A stretch of 64,000 bases of DNA, taken from assembly GCF_009914755.1 (NCBI RefSeq), contig NC_060935.1; one strand, written 5' to 3'. The DNA comes from the human T2T-CHM13v2.0 reference genome, Homo sapiens. The notes beneath the pieces were generated by a model, which made no database searches, had not been told where the DNA came from, and worked only from the letters and a program-made list of their open reading frames with translations. A program made the position numbers and the translations under genes. Positions 25,319 to 37,795 of this stretch are shown piece by piece; position 1 is the first letter of the stretch; every line of letters starts with the position of its first letter.

Positions 25319-25680
25319 TCTTCCTGGTAACCCAGGTGGGACAATAGTGAGGAAACCCCCAATCCAAAGGCTAACTTTGGGTAAGTGGTGGGGGTCCGGT
25401 AACATCTTTCTGGTGACCACAGAAGAGACAATACTGAGAAAACCCCGACCCAAATGCTAACTTTGGGTAAGTGGTGGGGTCCGGTGACATCTTTCTGGTG
25501 ACCACAGAAGGGACAATACTAAGGAAACCCCAGACCCAAAGGCTAACCTTGGGTAAGCAGTGTGGTGTGGTAACATCTTTCTGGCAAACCATGGAAGGGA
25601 CGATACTGAGGAGACCTCCAACCCAAAGGAAATAGACTGCAGCACTGATTGGCAGATTTTGGGTAGGTGGTGGGGTACCC
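25313..25680 (+). repeat. Tandem array of four ~85-bp units (LTR end + PBS + splice donor) in the proviral leader
   Basis: GT(A/G)ACATCTT(T/C)CTGG recurs at 25313, 25399, 25484 and 25570. TTGGGTAAG donors at 25381, 25467 and 25553. Unit 4 has a ~24-bp insertion. Confidence 0.92.
25325..25342 (+). promoter_or_regulatory. Primer-binding site, tRNA-Arg(CCT)-like
   Basis: TGGTAACCCAGGTGGGAC begins after a 6-nt linker following the LTR end. It matches 17/18 to the complement of the tRNA-Arg-CCT 3' end as I recall it (TGGTACCCCAGGTGGGAC). Confidence 0.75.
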
Positions 25681-28600
25681 AGATAAAGGATGGGATTGGG
25701 TTAGGGGCCCAACTTAGGGCAGTTGGAGTCTCTCCTAAGACAGAAACCATTAAAGGCTCCTCTCCATAAAAGGCAAGGACACTTGACCAAACTTGAGTTT
25801 GAGGCCCAACTTAGGAAGGTTAGAGTCCTTCCTAAGATTTAGGGAATTAGAGGCCTCTCTTGGTAAAGTCTCTCTCAGCTAAGAATGGGTTTGGCACTAT
25901 AGGATGTTAACTGCTATTCTCTTTGGATTATTTTACTTGGCACTCTTTGCTGAAGGCTATGGGTGACAGAGTTAAGCATGTATAGGATCTTGGGACATGG
26001 GGAGCTTTTTCCTCCCTAAAAAAGGGAAACTTGAGAGCCAACAGGTCTGCTGGAAGAGATCCTTTTGCTACCAACAAGCAGCCACCTGAAATTGTCAGTG
26101 TTGTTGCAATGGTGGGTCTTACTCTGGCCTCTCTGAGCTCTCTGCCTTCCCCACCCTGCTGTGCACAATGCTTTTTTCTCTTTCTCTTTTTGATCTTTTC
26201 TGTTACTCAGGGCAACCATCTTGGCCAGCGACCACAAGTTGAAACTCCTGGTCAGAGGGTGGATTAACGATGATGGGGCCCAACTGGGGGCAAGTTTGGG
26301 CCTTACCAGTTTGATATTGAGTACTAAGCAGAGTGCCAGTGTCTATGTTTTGTCACATGTATTTTGCTCTGGAAAAATGGAAAAAGATAACTTTCTCTTA
26401 TGTTGCAGCTTGGCACCCAGGGCTATGGTGCAGTGAGCTGGGTCAATAGGGCTGCTCAGGGAAAGGGAACCCAGAAGCCTGGCATGCTGGCAAAAGGGTA
26501 AGAACTTCTTACCAATCAGACTTCTGGGCTCTCTCTCTTTGTGCAAACTGGTTGAATGAATGGTAAAAATCACTGTTTATCTCCTCTGTTCAAAGTTTTT
26601 ATTAATGAGAAAAAGAATTCGTGAGGCTAATCTTAAGCTGCAGGGAATCTGGTATGCTCTGTGTGTCTTTTTTGTACTGTTTTGTCATAAAGAGGGGTAC
26701 CTTAGGATAGAATGAGGGCCTAGGACCCCAAAAACCTGCTGTTCAAGATGGCCCGGAAAACTGGTCAGCCATGTCCTTAGAAGCTTGATCTTGTTACCAT
26801 GTGGCCGTCCTTTCTCTTTTCAGAATGGCAGCCTGGGTTCATGGTTCAATTCCCAGCTTAGAGAATGGGTTATTCTTGGCTTAATATCTGTTTGACCTTT
26901 ACCATTTGTTTATTCTCTTCCCTTCTATGAATTACCTTAAATTTTCCTTTTTCTGAGCAAAGAAATGTTGGCTGTTTGGCATGGCTAAAGTTGGATAAAA
27001 AAAGATTTAAAGGACTTTTTAAAAGAGTGCTATAGTTAAAAGTCATCTTAATTAAAAGCAGATATTCAGGCTCCAACGGCCTGTAGTTCCTTGGGAAAAA
27101 CAGAGGAGGTACCACAGACCTTGTTTGGGGGGAAAAAACACACAAAAAAAACACAAAAAACCTCTGTTTTCCTCATGGAACCTCAGGAATTAAAAGTGGA
27201 TCAATTCCTCTCAAAATCTAAGGTTCTCTTCTGTTTTGCATTGTGTTATCTGATGGTTTTAACTTTTGGGGATATCAGAAATTACTTTGCATTATGAGAG
27301 AGCTTTGGTGTGTAGTAACTAGGTAGGAAACGTACTTTTGGGAATGGGCTGATTCCCTTTTTGGGATTCAGGATCTGGTGTAAAAATGGGTACCTTAATT
27401 TCTGGAGATCTGTATTGCCTTCCAGTTGTGCCTGCTTATTAGGCCCTAGAAACTTCATGCTTTAAAGAGAAACTTAAAAACTGGCAAATGAAAAATCTTA
27501 CAACTACTGGATCTTCTTCCATCTGTCTGTGCATTTATATGTTATGTGTGTGATGTTTATATATGAAAGAGCTTTAATTAATTCGTTTAAAAATAATAGA
27601 AGCTTAAATCAAATATTTTAACAGAAAAATAAAAATTATCATGCCTTTTAGGTCACATGACTTCAGTAATCTTTGGGAAATAAAAATCACTTTAAAGATT
27701 GTTGGTAAAATAAAGACATTTGGTCTTCTGTCTGGTGTCCTAGGCTCCACACCTAGTACATAATGAAAATCCCTTACTTACCACAGTTTTCACCAAAAGT
27801 AAAAATTGCTAAGAGTTAACATTGTGACACGTATTTGAGACTACTAAAAACAAAACAAAACAAAACAAAACAGACAAACAAAAAAAAATTTCACACGCAA
27901 GGTGTATAAAGAAAGTAAAATGCATTTTTGGTAAAAGACTATAAGAAGCTGTGAGAATATGGATTTCTTACTTAAGTTTGGAGGTTTAAAGGATTGTTTT
28001 AAATTAGATAAGATAAAACTGAACAGTTGAACAAATTGTGAAAGATTTGTAAAAAAATTAATCTTGTAAAAAAATTGTGTATGTGGACATATTGGCTAAA
28101 GTTAAGGGGGTATTATACAGTTTTTCCATAAATTACACATTTGAATAAAAGCATAATGAGTTTTTCTCAGAGTGAAAACCTGCCTATAATCTGCTCTTTA
28201 ACAAAATTACAAAGGGTTATAAAAGGTTTATGAAGATCTTACCTTATGGTCAGGCATTACAATTGGATAGATTTATCTATAAGCTTTTATTAAGAATAGG
28301 GTTTAACAGTAATAGTATACCAACGGAAGGGTGAAATTTGGCTTTTTTGGTATAAAAATCATACAGGAAGCATTGTCAAAAATGAAATGGTATTTGGCTT
28401 TCTTTGGGCTGTATTTGTATAAATATCTTACTGGTATGTGTTCCAAAATTATGTGTAACTCCTATAATTCTGATAGCACTTGGTGTAGATTATCAGTAAT
28501 AATAAGAATTGTTACATAAAATCATTGTATGCCACAGAGGTAACCACATTTCTTTGTTAGTCATGTTTTTGACTGTGGCTGCCCTAAACATTTTGTCATC

Positions 28601-30143
28601 CACAGACAATTGTTGTCTTGTTTTAATCCTCTTCAAAAGGTGGCTTATAAAAAAAGATGGCTTATAATCAATATAGGACCTTAACAGGTGCTCTTAAATG
28701 CAAGTTTCTGATAACTTTGGAGATTGTGACACTAGAATGGAGGAACAAACTTTCAGGACTCATGGAGAGCTGAAATGTTCATGAACATCAAGCAGAATAG
28801 GAGTTAACTGCATGGACTAAACTAATAGTAAACTAATAGAAGTCTGAAGTAATCTTTTTTAACTTTTTGTTTAAAACATTGCTAATCCTTTGCTTTGTTT
28901 TTCAGAGTTAAGAAAACTCTTCTGTTGAGCTATTTACAGCTTGAAGCAATTGAGTAAAGTACACTCCTGTAAACAGAATTTGGAACATATTTGTTTCCCT
29001 CTACCTGATTGCTTCAGAATTTGGAAGTTACTCGTGTTCTTAACTTATGGCAATATAGTTATTTGCATAAGTGTAATAAGAATCTATTTTCTTTTGTAAC
29101 AGGACACAATTGGAGAAACTGGTTATTTTACCACGTCTCTGACTGAAATGGTGTGCTTTCTTTAAGGAATCAAACTTATAGAGCCAATAAAAGCCCCTTG
29201 GGAAACTGGCCTCATACCTTCTCTACACAGTCCCTGTACAGGGTTCCTGACCTGTGGTAAGTAAAGAATGTCACTTTCTGACATGTCTAGGAGCCCAAGT
29301 CATCTTGGGACCTCAACAGGAGAGTAATTTACCCAACTCATAGGTATTTGAGGGTACAAACCCACCGCAGGGCTTGGCTTTTTAAAAAGCCTTATCTGAG
29401 ATTACTTATGGAACAGAGTTTCATCAAAGCCAATTTTAAAAGCCTATGTGAAATAATTATTCTTGCTGCACTTTATACAAATAATCAGGCCAAGTAAAAT
29501 AAAGTAAATCAGTCTCACCATGATTTGTCTTTAGTGAAAATGGAAAATTGGAGAGAGAAAAATTATGTTTCAAGAACTATGGTATACCTGTTATTAAATT
29601 CCAGTCTCATCAGTTGTTTGTTTTTTTCCTGCAATGTAGGCTGACCCCGCTTATTCCTGTAAACCAACCAGTGATCTCAGGCTGCTACTCAGAAGAAACA
29701 AGAGGTCTGAGTAATGTAAAAATCTGGATTGGATCAATATTCTAATCCTGGACATATATTGGAATCAACTAGCAACTCTATATCAGCTTGGTTCCCAACA
29801 GTTGCCCAGTTCATGGAAAGCCTTCTAATTTAGTTTACATGGGATAATTTTGCTTATTTTGTTATATTGCTGTTGGACTCTCTGTGTAGGAATGCAGAAT
29901 AAGCTTACTCAATGTTTTCTTAAATTGAATGCTTATCACTCTTCCAGATATCACCTTTTGTTGGAACTCAAGAGTTATAAATGGCCCTTGACATACCAAA
30001 GCTTTCTGACTGAGCTCCTCTCTACCCTAAATACAAGAGACCTTCATAGTTTGGCAAAAATATCATCACCTCTATTCAGCATGAAGAAGTTACAGAAGAT
30101 GGATCTTCGTTCCTCTACAACCCTTAGGATTAAGAGTTCTCTT

Positions 30144-30162
30144 ATAAAAGGGAGTTGGGAAA
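30144..30162 (+). other. Polypurine tract
   Basis: ATAAAAGGGAGTTGGGAAA directly abuts the TGTCAG start of the 3' LTR. Confidence 0.8.
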
Positions 30163-30707
30163 TGTCAGAGGTGTTTAAACCAGAGCAACTCCATCTTGAA
30201 TAGGGGCTGGATAAAATAAGGCTAAGACCTGTGGGGCTGCATTCCCAGTAAGTGAAGGCATTCTTAATCACAGAGTGAGATAGGAGGTCGACACAAGAGG
30301 CAGGTCATAAAGACCTTGTTGATAAAACAGTTTGTGTTAAAGAAGCCAGCCAAAACCCACCCAAACCAAGATGTCGATGAGAGTGACCTCTGGTCATCCT
30401 CACTGCTACACTCCCACCAGTGCCATGACAGTTTACGAATGCCACGGCAATGTCAGGAAGTTACCCTATAAGTCTCAGAAGGGGAGGCATGAATAATCCA
30501 CCCCTTGTTTAGCATATCATCAAGAAATAACCATAAAAATGGGCAAGCAGCAGCCCTTGGGTCTGCTCTACCTGTGGCATAGCCATTCTTTTATTTCTTT
30601 ACTTTCTTAGTAAACTTGCTTTCACTTTACTCTATGGACTTGCCCTGAATTCTTTCTTATGTGAGATCCAAGAACCCTCTCTGGATCGAGGCCCCTTTCC
30701 AGTAACA
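30163..30707 (+). mobile_element. MER41A 3' LTR
   Basis: TGTCAGAGGTGTTTAAACCAGAGCAACTCC...CCCCTTTCCAGTAACA. The poly(A) signal reads AGTAAA at 30609-30614. Confidence 0.93.
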
Positions 30708-33087
30708 GGACCACACAGTTTGGGAAAGGAATGGGGTCCCGATGGCCACCTGCTCAGGTAGAGGCTTTCTATTTCCCCTGTCCCTGCTGACCGGAAATCA
30801 GCTACAGAAGGAGAAAGGCTTGGGCAACGCAGAGATGTCTAGTCACAGACATTTGACTAAAGAGCGGTGGGGAGAACGGGCAGTTGATGGTCATGATGGG
30901 GCACTACAGAGAAGGGAAAGAGACAGAAGGTGGAGACGGTGTGAAATGGGCAGCACCCAGGAGTCACAGGTGCGGCTTTTCCAATGGATGCACCTGTTGA
31001 GGATGGAGGTGCCTGGACGCACGTTCACCATGGCACAGGCAGCAGTGAGGTCCATCCATTTTCAGGAGACTGACAGAATACCAGCAGCCTGTCTCAGAAC
31101 TTTACTTAATAAATCAAAGCTGACAACTCCTCCCAAAATGGTATGAAAACGCTTTTTAGTGTCCATGACCGGCATACATTGTATTCATTTCACTTTCTGA
31201 AATAAGAGTTGAACCATAATCACAAACAATCCATTCTTGTCAGGTATCAACAGTACATCTTTCTTTAGCCACCAAAGCGGGGGTCCCTGTAATCTGGCAC
31301 TGCCTGGGCCTGGGGTGAAGGAGTCAGAGTGAAACAGCAAACATCGCGGAGACAACAGCTCCCATCTGCAGAGCACTTCGGAATTTCTAAAGATATTTCA
31401 CCCACATGATCTCTTTTGAGCACCATGACCACCCTATCAGATGGATTTTATTAACTTCCCTTTTCACAAGGGCAAATGCAGGTGGAGAGGGCATAGCTGA
31501 CACTCTATGCACACCACAGTTGTTGTGGTGGGCAGCCCTGTGTAGTGGGAGAGGCTTGCCCTCAGACACCTGCCCTCCCAGTGCTTGCGAGTGAGCTGCT
31601 GGGTGGGCTCCCTTTGTTGGCAGCTCTAGGCCTTGAGTTGGGGTAGAGGCAAAGCTAACCCAGACCTGTCCTCCAGGCCTGTCCTCATAGGTTCTCCCAA
31701 CTCCTCCTCTATCCAAACTGCTGCCTCTTTTTTAACACTTTGCTTCAGGGTAGGGTTCCCTGTGCCTTCCACAGGGATCATGAGCTAATCATAAAAACCA
31801 CTAAGGGTCAAGGGGCAAGAGTGAGTGGCAGCCATCTTTGCTGCCAACAGAGGAAGACTTTACCAGGAACTTCAAAAGGCAGCGTTCCAGCCACTGCTTA
31901 TCCCCAAAATAAAAGGAAGGACTCAACTGGTTGAAATGTCAGACTTGGGAGCCTCATCTGTGAGGGGCCTCAGCTGTGCAGGGGACCTGAGGATAATAGA
32001 TTAGGATCCTGGAGTACTCTGCCTGGGAGAAACCTTCAACTGGTTCACTAGGAGATCCCATATCCACAGCCAGGCCAAAGCAGCAATCAGAACAAAAGAC
32101 TAACAGTTACCGGACAGGCCCAAGTCACACATACACTGCAAAATAAACCTTAACTCCAATCAAGTAAGAGGCAGAGCAGCACTAGCTGTTGAAAGTTCAG
32201 CCAATTAATATGGTCAGCCCACCTGGGTCTCACTAGGCACTCTCTGAAGGTGATAGGGCCTTGAACTGTCCCTGGTGGGGTTGGGTAGGAAAAGAATTCT
32301 GTATAAAGAAGGCTTTGATCTCAGATCATTCTGCCAATGTCCAATTACACTTAGGACCCGACTGCCATTGTGTGAATGTGTATTGTGCTTTAAGGTGACA
32401 TAGTGAATGAAAGAGCCATATTTTGGTAGAGTGTGTGGGTCACTTCACCTAGATGATGTGCTGGTGGTTCACTGGAAAATGTCTGAGACCAGAGGTCAGA
32501 GCATCACTTGTACACTACTGGTCCTGAAAAGCCTATTCAGACATTTGGGGTGCATATGTGACTGAGTCCATGCAGGGAAGGTACCTCTCTTGATTGCTGC
32601 TTTCTCAGCGATATCACCTTCGTGCTATATGTGCAAATATTCACATGTAAATGAAAGGATGTGATTTATTGTTGAAATTCCTAAGGGGAATGCCATGGGA
32701 GGCACTCTGGAGCAATTATCTACTCCCCGACTCTTACGCCACACAGCGTGTTTCAGACAGAGAGAACATCTCAAATGTCCTCTCTGCCCGGCCCTGGGAA
32801 CTACATCCTGAACCCCCACCAAGACCAAGGTGTCTTTATTCAGGCCACCTTCTCTATCTTCCAGTGTGGTTTTCTGTCTTTCCTAAACTGCAGGATGCAA
32901 ATTGTGGACTCAGGCTTCCAGTGAAAGCGATTAAGACATCCTGGCAGGGAGGCAAGCTCTTTATTTGCCCTTTTTTGATGGGACAGCATAAAGCTGGATC
33001 ATTTCTCTAAGCTCCCTGGAGGCCATCAAAGTCTACATGGGCAGATGGAGCATATAAACAAGCTGGGCAACTCACTAGCTGCTGTAA

Positions 33088-33541
<454 letters not shown>

Positions 33542-35314
33542 GATCATGGCTATAATCTTAGCTCTACTATTTATTACTTATCTAGCCTAAGACCAATCAT
33601 CTAATCTCTCTTAAGCCCATTTGCATAACAAAATGTTATTCATACCAGTTTGCATGGTAGGAAAGGAGGAAACTGACTACTTCTGAGTACCAACTATGTG
33701 CCATATATATAGTATCTGGAGACAGTAAGTCCTCTGGGAAGGTCAACCAGCATTGTGACTCCAAAGCTTGAGCTATCTCTACTTTAATATGATGAGAGCT
33801 GGGAGCATCATGATGAGGTGAGCAAAGAAAGCTCTTGAGAAGCTCCAAATCCATATACAAATTTAAGACATTACGTCTGAGCTGAAAACATGTGTTGTGC
33901 TTTTATCACAGTAATTTTCAAAGGAGAAACTGAGGCATGGGGTCAAGGCACTGTACTAAAGGTCCCCCGGCAAGGCAATGGCAGGCTCTTAACCCTGGGA
34001 TCTTTGCTCTTGGCTTCTTGTCCAGCTCTGGAAGGCAGGTGGACTCCCTGAGCAGAGGCTGCACCATCCTCAGCTGGATGGGAACCAAGACGCCCTCAGG
34101 GAATGTCCAGGGAGCAGAAGCTCTTTCTGTGTCATTTGCCGAGTTCCTTGGGATGTTATTTCTCCGGGGAAACCTGTTATTCCTTCCTAGAGTCACTAAA
34201 AGCTCACAGCAGGAACTTCATGTAACTTAAGTTTTTTGTGTCGTGCAAGTTTTTTTGTGTTGTTGCTTTTTTTTTAAAATGGGAAAAATACTTCCTTTTT
34301 CCAAATGCTATCAATTTCAATCAAACTGTGTATACTGCTGAACCAAAAAGGCTGTTTAAATCGCTGTGTGTGTTTTTTCCCTTCAGTGTCTCTCAATCCT
34401 TCTACTAGCTTCTCGAAGAATTAAGATTTGATCTTTTCAAATGTAAATTAAGCAATTTACAAAATATGTATTTTGGCATATAGGAAACTTGGCTTTCCAA
34501 ACAAACTGGAATTTTATCGATTCTATGAACTGCCATGGAGTTATCTTGTGGCCATAATTTGAATCTCTAATATGAGACTGTTTTCATTTATAACAAGAAG
34601 TACATTCTGCTTTTATCTAACTTCAATCTCCATTTCTGCATTTTTAAATGGGTAAAAGAAGTGATGTCAGTTTTAATATGCTTTTCATGAGTTTAGTTTC
34701 TCAAATGTTATTTTTATCATTTTGTCAATTTTACTTATTACTGAAACAATATTTGATGCCACAAAAGAAATTGAAATAGGAAAAACATCCACCCACAGCT
34801 TCCCCAGCCTAAGACAGCTCTTCATATTCACCCATGCTCTCGCCAAGTTTTTGACACCCTGCATATGCTTTTATGGAGTTATAACAATTCTGAAAAAGTA
34901 ATTCTCAAAATAAGTTTCACATAAACTTAAAAAAAAAACAAAACAAAACTTCCTTGACCTCCTTTCAAGGTGTCCGGCTCAGTTTTGCATAAAACTTTTC
35001 TGCATGTTTCATTCTAAGTATATGACAGGGACTTTACATTTCAGAGATTAAGAATACAGTTCTCAGTGTCTAGTTAATGATATTAATAGTGGGGCAGAAC
35101 GTATTAATAAATACATGGTGACTGATCTTCAAGGTTAATTATTCAACCCTTTGCATCAACAAGTAGTGCACATGAATCATCTCATGCGAGTCTCCTCTTA
35201 CAGCATTCAGGGAAAAGGGTTCTCCAGTCTTGATTGTGGATCTTTTTTTTTTCTTTTTAGTAAAAACAAAGCTCCTGTTAACATATGGCCTAAACTCTTC
35301 CAGTAATAAGTTTC

Positions 35315-35315
<1 letters not shown>

Positions 35316-35354
<39 letters not shown>
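35316..35354. repeat. (TG)19 microsatellite
   Basis: Perfect TG run, directly visible. Confidence 0.97.
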
Positions 35355-35359
<5 letters not shown>

Positions 35360-35404
35360 GTGTGTGGTTTTTTGTTTTTCTATTTTTCTCTTTAATAGTT
35401 GATA

Positions 35405-36070
35405 CTTCTTTTTAAAAATTGTGTTAAAATGCACTAAAATAAAATTTATGATTTAAACTATTTTAATGGTAGAGTTCAGTGGCATTAAGTACATTGTACA
35501 TTCATATTATTATGCAGTATGAATATGCCACTACCACCCATCTCCAGAAAGTCTGTACCCATTAAATCCTAACTCCTCATCCCCATTACCTCCAGCCCCT
35601 GACAACCACCTTCTACTTTGTCTCTATGAATTTAACTACTCCACGGACATCATATAAGTAGAACTATACAACATTTGTTCTTCTTTGTCTGGCTTATTTA
35701 ACTTAGCATGTATTCCAGGTTCATCCATGTTGTAGCATGGGCCAGAATTTCCTTCCTTTTTAAAGCTGAATTATATTATATTGTAAATATAGACCACATT
35801 TTGTTTATCCATTTGTCCATTGATAGATGATCCGGTTGCTTCCACCATTGACTATTGTGAATAATGTTGCCATGAACACGGATGTACGAACATCTGTTTC
35901 AATCTCTGTTTTCAATTCCTTTGGGTATATACCTGGAAGTCGAATTTCTGGTTCATATGGTAATTCTATGTTTAATTTTTTGAGGAACCTCCATATTGTT
36001 TTCAACAGTGGCAGCACCATTTTCACATTCTTACCAACAGTGCACAAAGGGTCCAATTCATCCTCTGCAG
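35405..36070 (-). mobile_element. L1MB-type LINE-1 3' fragment (ORF2 C-terminus + 3' UTR)
   Basis: The minus-strand ORF 35805-36074 contains WRFLKKLNIELPYEPEIRLPGIYPKELKT, the L1 ORF2p C-terminal motif. CAGCCCCTGACAACCACC.TTCTACTTTGTCTCTATGAATTT is L1MB 3' UTR. Confidence 0.9.
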
Positions 36071-36349
36071 TCATTTCAATCTCTTTCTCTCTACTTGGAA
36101 TAACTAGCCACAGCCCTCGTTATAGTCCTTCACAGATATAGATTCACCCTTGTCTCTAAGTCGTGGCTGTGGTACAGATGTGGAGTCCGAGGCACAGAGA
36201 TGTTCAGCCCCAGCCCGAAGGCCCAGGGCAGGGCAGAGGCAGGAGTCATCCCAGCGGCAGTCTGGCTCAGGAGCCTGGAAACTTCATCATCATCACGGTG
36301 TTAGATTGGCTGTCAGAGAAACTGCTCTTAGCCCCTCCTGCAACCTTAT

Positions 36350-36738
36350 TGATATGGTTTGGATTTGCATCCCCACCCAAATCTCACATCAAATTGTAAT
36401 CCCCTATGTTGAAGGAGGGCCCTAGTGGGAGGTGATTGGATCATGTGGGCAGATTCGCCCTTGCGTTCTTGCGATAGTAAGTGAGTTCTCAGGAGATCTG
36501 GTTGTTTAAAAGTGGGGAATGCCGGCTCCTGCGCCTTCTCTCTCTTCCTCCTTCTCCAGCCATCTAAGACGTGCCTACTTTCCCTTTGCCTTCTACCATG
36601 ATTTTAACTTTCCTGAGGCCTCCCCAGCCATGCTTCCTGGACAGCCTGCAGAATTGTGAGTCAACAAAACCTCTTTTCTTTCATAAATTACCCAGTCTCA
36701 GGTGGTTCTTTACAGCAATGTGAGAATGAACTAATACA
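36350..36738 (+). mobile_element. MSTA/THE1D-type MaLR solo LTR
   Basis: TGATATGGTTTGG...GAACTAATACA ends. Perfect 5-bp target-site duplication CTTAT at 36345-36349 and 36739-36743. Confidence 0.95.
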
Positions 36739-37216
36739 CTTATTTTTCAAATTTGCTGTTCTTCCACTCAGAACTGCTTCATGAAAAGTAGCATTATCAT
36801 ATGTGTGAGACATTATCATGTGTGAGACTCAGTGAGAGGTGAGGCTCTGGCAGCCAGATGGGGCAGGCTTGCCCATCAGCTCCATCACCAGCCTTTCCAG
36901 TCCTGAGAGCTTATCCTCCTTTGCTTCCCTGGCTGTGAGTTTGGGTGAGGTCTAATGCCAGACTTGACATGACCAACCTATGACTCTAGGAGATGGTCTG
37001 TGCCCTTTTCCCTCCCACCACCATCTCTATGCCCTCTGGGCTCCTTCATCAGGGTTTCTCTGGACCTGGTCTAGGCTGTGGGCAGGCAGGAGGGGACAGG
37101 GCCTATGGACCCAGCAGGGGCTACATAGGGAGATTTGGAGGCACCAAAAGGTGTTCTTGCCCTTGAATTTCTTGAAAAGGACACTGGAGAGCCCCATCTT
37201 CCCTCTGCCTGCAGCC

Positions 37217-37425
37217 TAGTATTTCCCAAAGTTGGTTCCTGGGATGAAAGTCCCTAAAATGCACCTTTCAAAAAGGGTTCCAATGCTAAGTAAGTTTGGG
37301 GAACACTTTGTGGGGTATGTGTCTCTGCAGAGCCATATGCACTTTGATATGGTAAAGGCTCTGGAAAATTCCACAGTAATGAAACCTGTGGAATTAAGCC
37401 ACAGTATCCACCAAGATCTTCATTA
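37217..37425 (+). mobile_element. MER103C-like hAT DNA transposon fragment
   Basis: TTTCCCAAAGTTGGTTCC...AAAAAGGGTTCC...TAAGTTTGGGGAACACT...TAAAGGCTCTG...CAGTAATGAAACCTGT. Confidence 0.65.
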
Positions 37426-37751
37426 AAATACAAACACATAACCAGGATGGGAACTAATCAAAGATAACAATCTGTCTACCTCGCAGCTTTGCTTCTGCAT
37501 TGAAATGTTGGAATGGGGAACAAGTGAAGACAAGATGGCCTTTAAATTTTTTTTCTCACATTATTTAATTAAACTACTTGATCTTTCTAAGTCTTCATGT
37601 TTTAAAGTATGATTTAACGTAAATGTAACACTTGCTCATGATAGAATAATCAGACAAGTATAAAATTAAAATGAAAAATAACTCATAATCTCAACAGCCA
37701 GAAATAATCACTATTAGCATATTGAGTATTTTCTGATAACATTTTTCTAAG

Positions 37752-37752
37752 T

Positions 37753-37781
<29 letters not shown>
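37752..37781. repeat. (TA)n microsatellite next to the Alu tail
   Basis: Visible TA run with one G interruption. Confidence 0.9.
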
Positions 37782-37783
<2 letters not shown>

Positions 37784-37795
37784 CACAGACATATA

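Larger units (their letters stand above)
25319..30162 (+). mobile_element. MER41-int / MER4-group internal region, non-coding
   Basis: 4.8 kb between the LTRs, AT-rich. The ORF track shows no recognisable gag, pol or env. Confidence 0.85.
24775..30707 (+). mobile_element. Full-length non-autonomous ERV1 provirus (MER41A LTR / MER41-int / MER41A LTR)
   Basis: Two homologous ~545-bp LTRs in direct orientation. GGAC target-site duplication at 24771-24774 and 30708-30711. PBS follows the 5' LTR and a polypurine tract precedes the 3' LTR. Confidence 0.95.

Noticed and set aside
25313-25680. CRISPR-like repeat/spacer appearance of the leader array
   Set aside because: Whole units are homologous with no unique spacers, the context is a primate ERV, and there are no cas genes.
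35805-36074. ORF with real protein similarity (L1 ORF2p C-terminus)
   Set aside because: A dead, 5'-truncated L1MB fragment, not a gene.
36792-36828. Short tandem duplication CATTATCAT(AT)GTGTGAGA
   Set aside because: An ordinary slippage duplication with no other signal.
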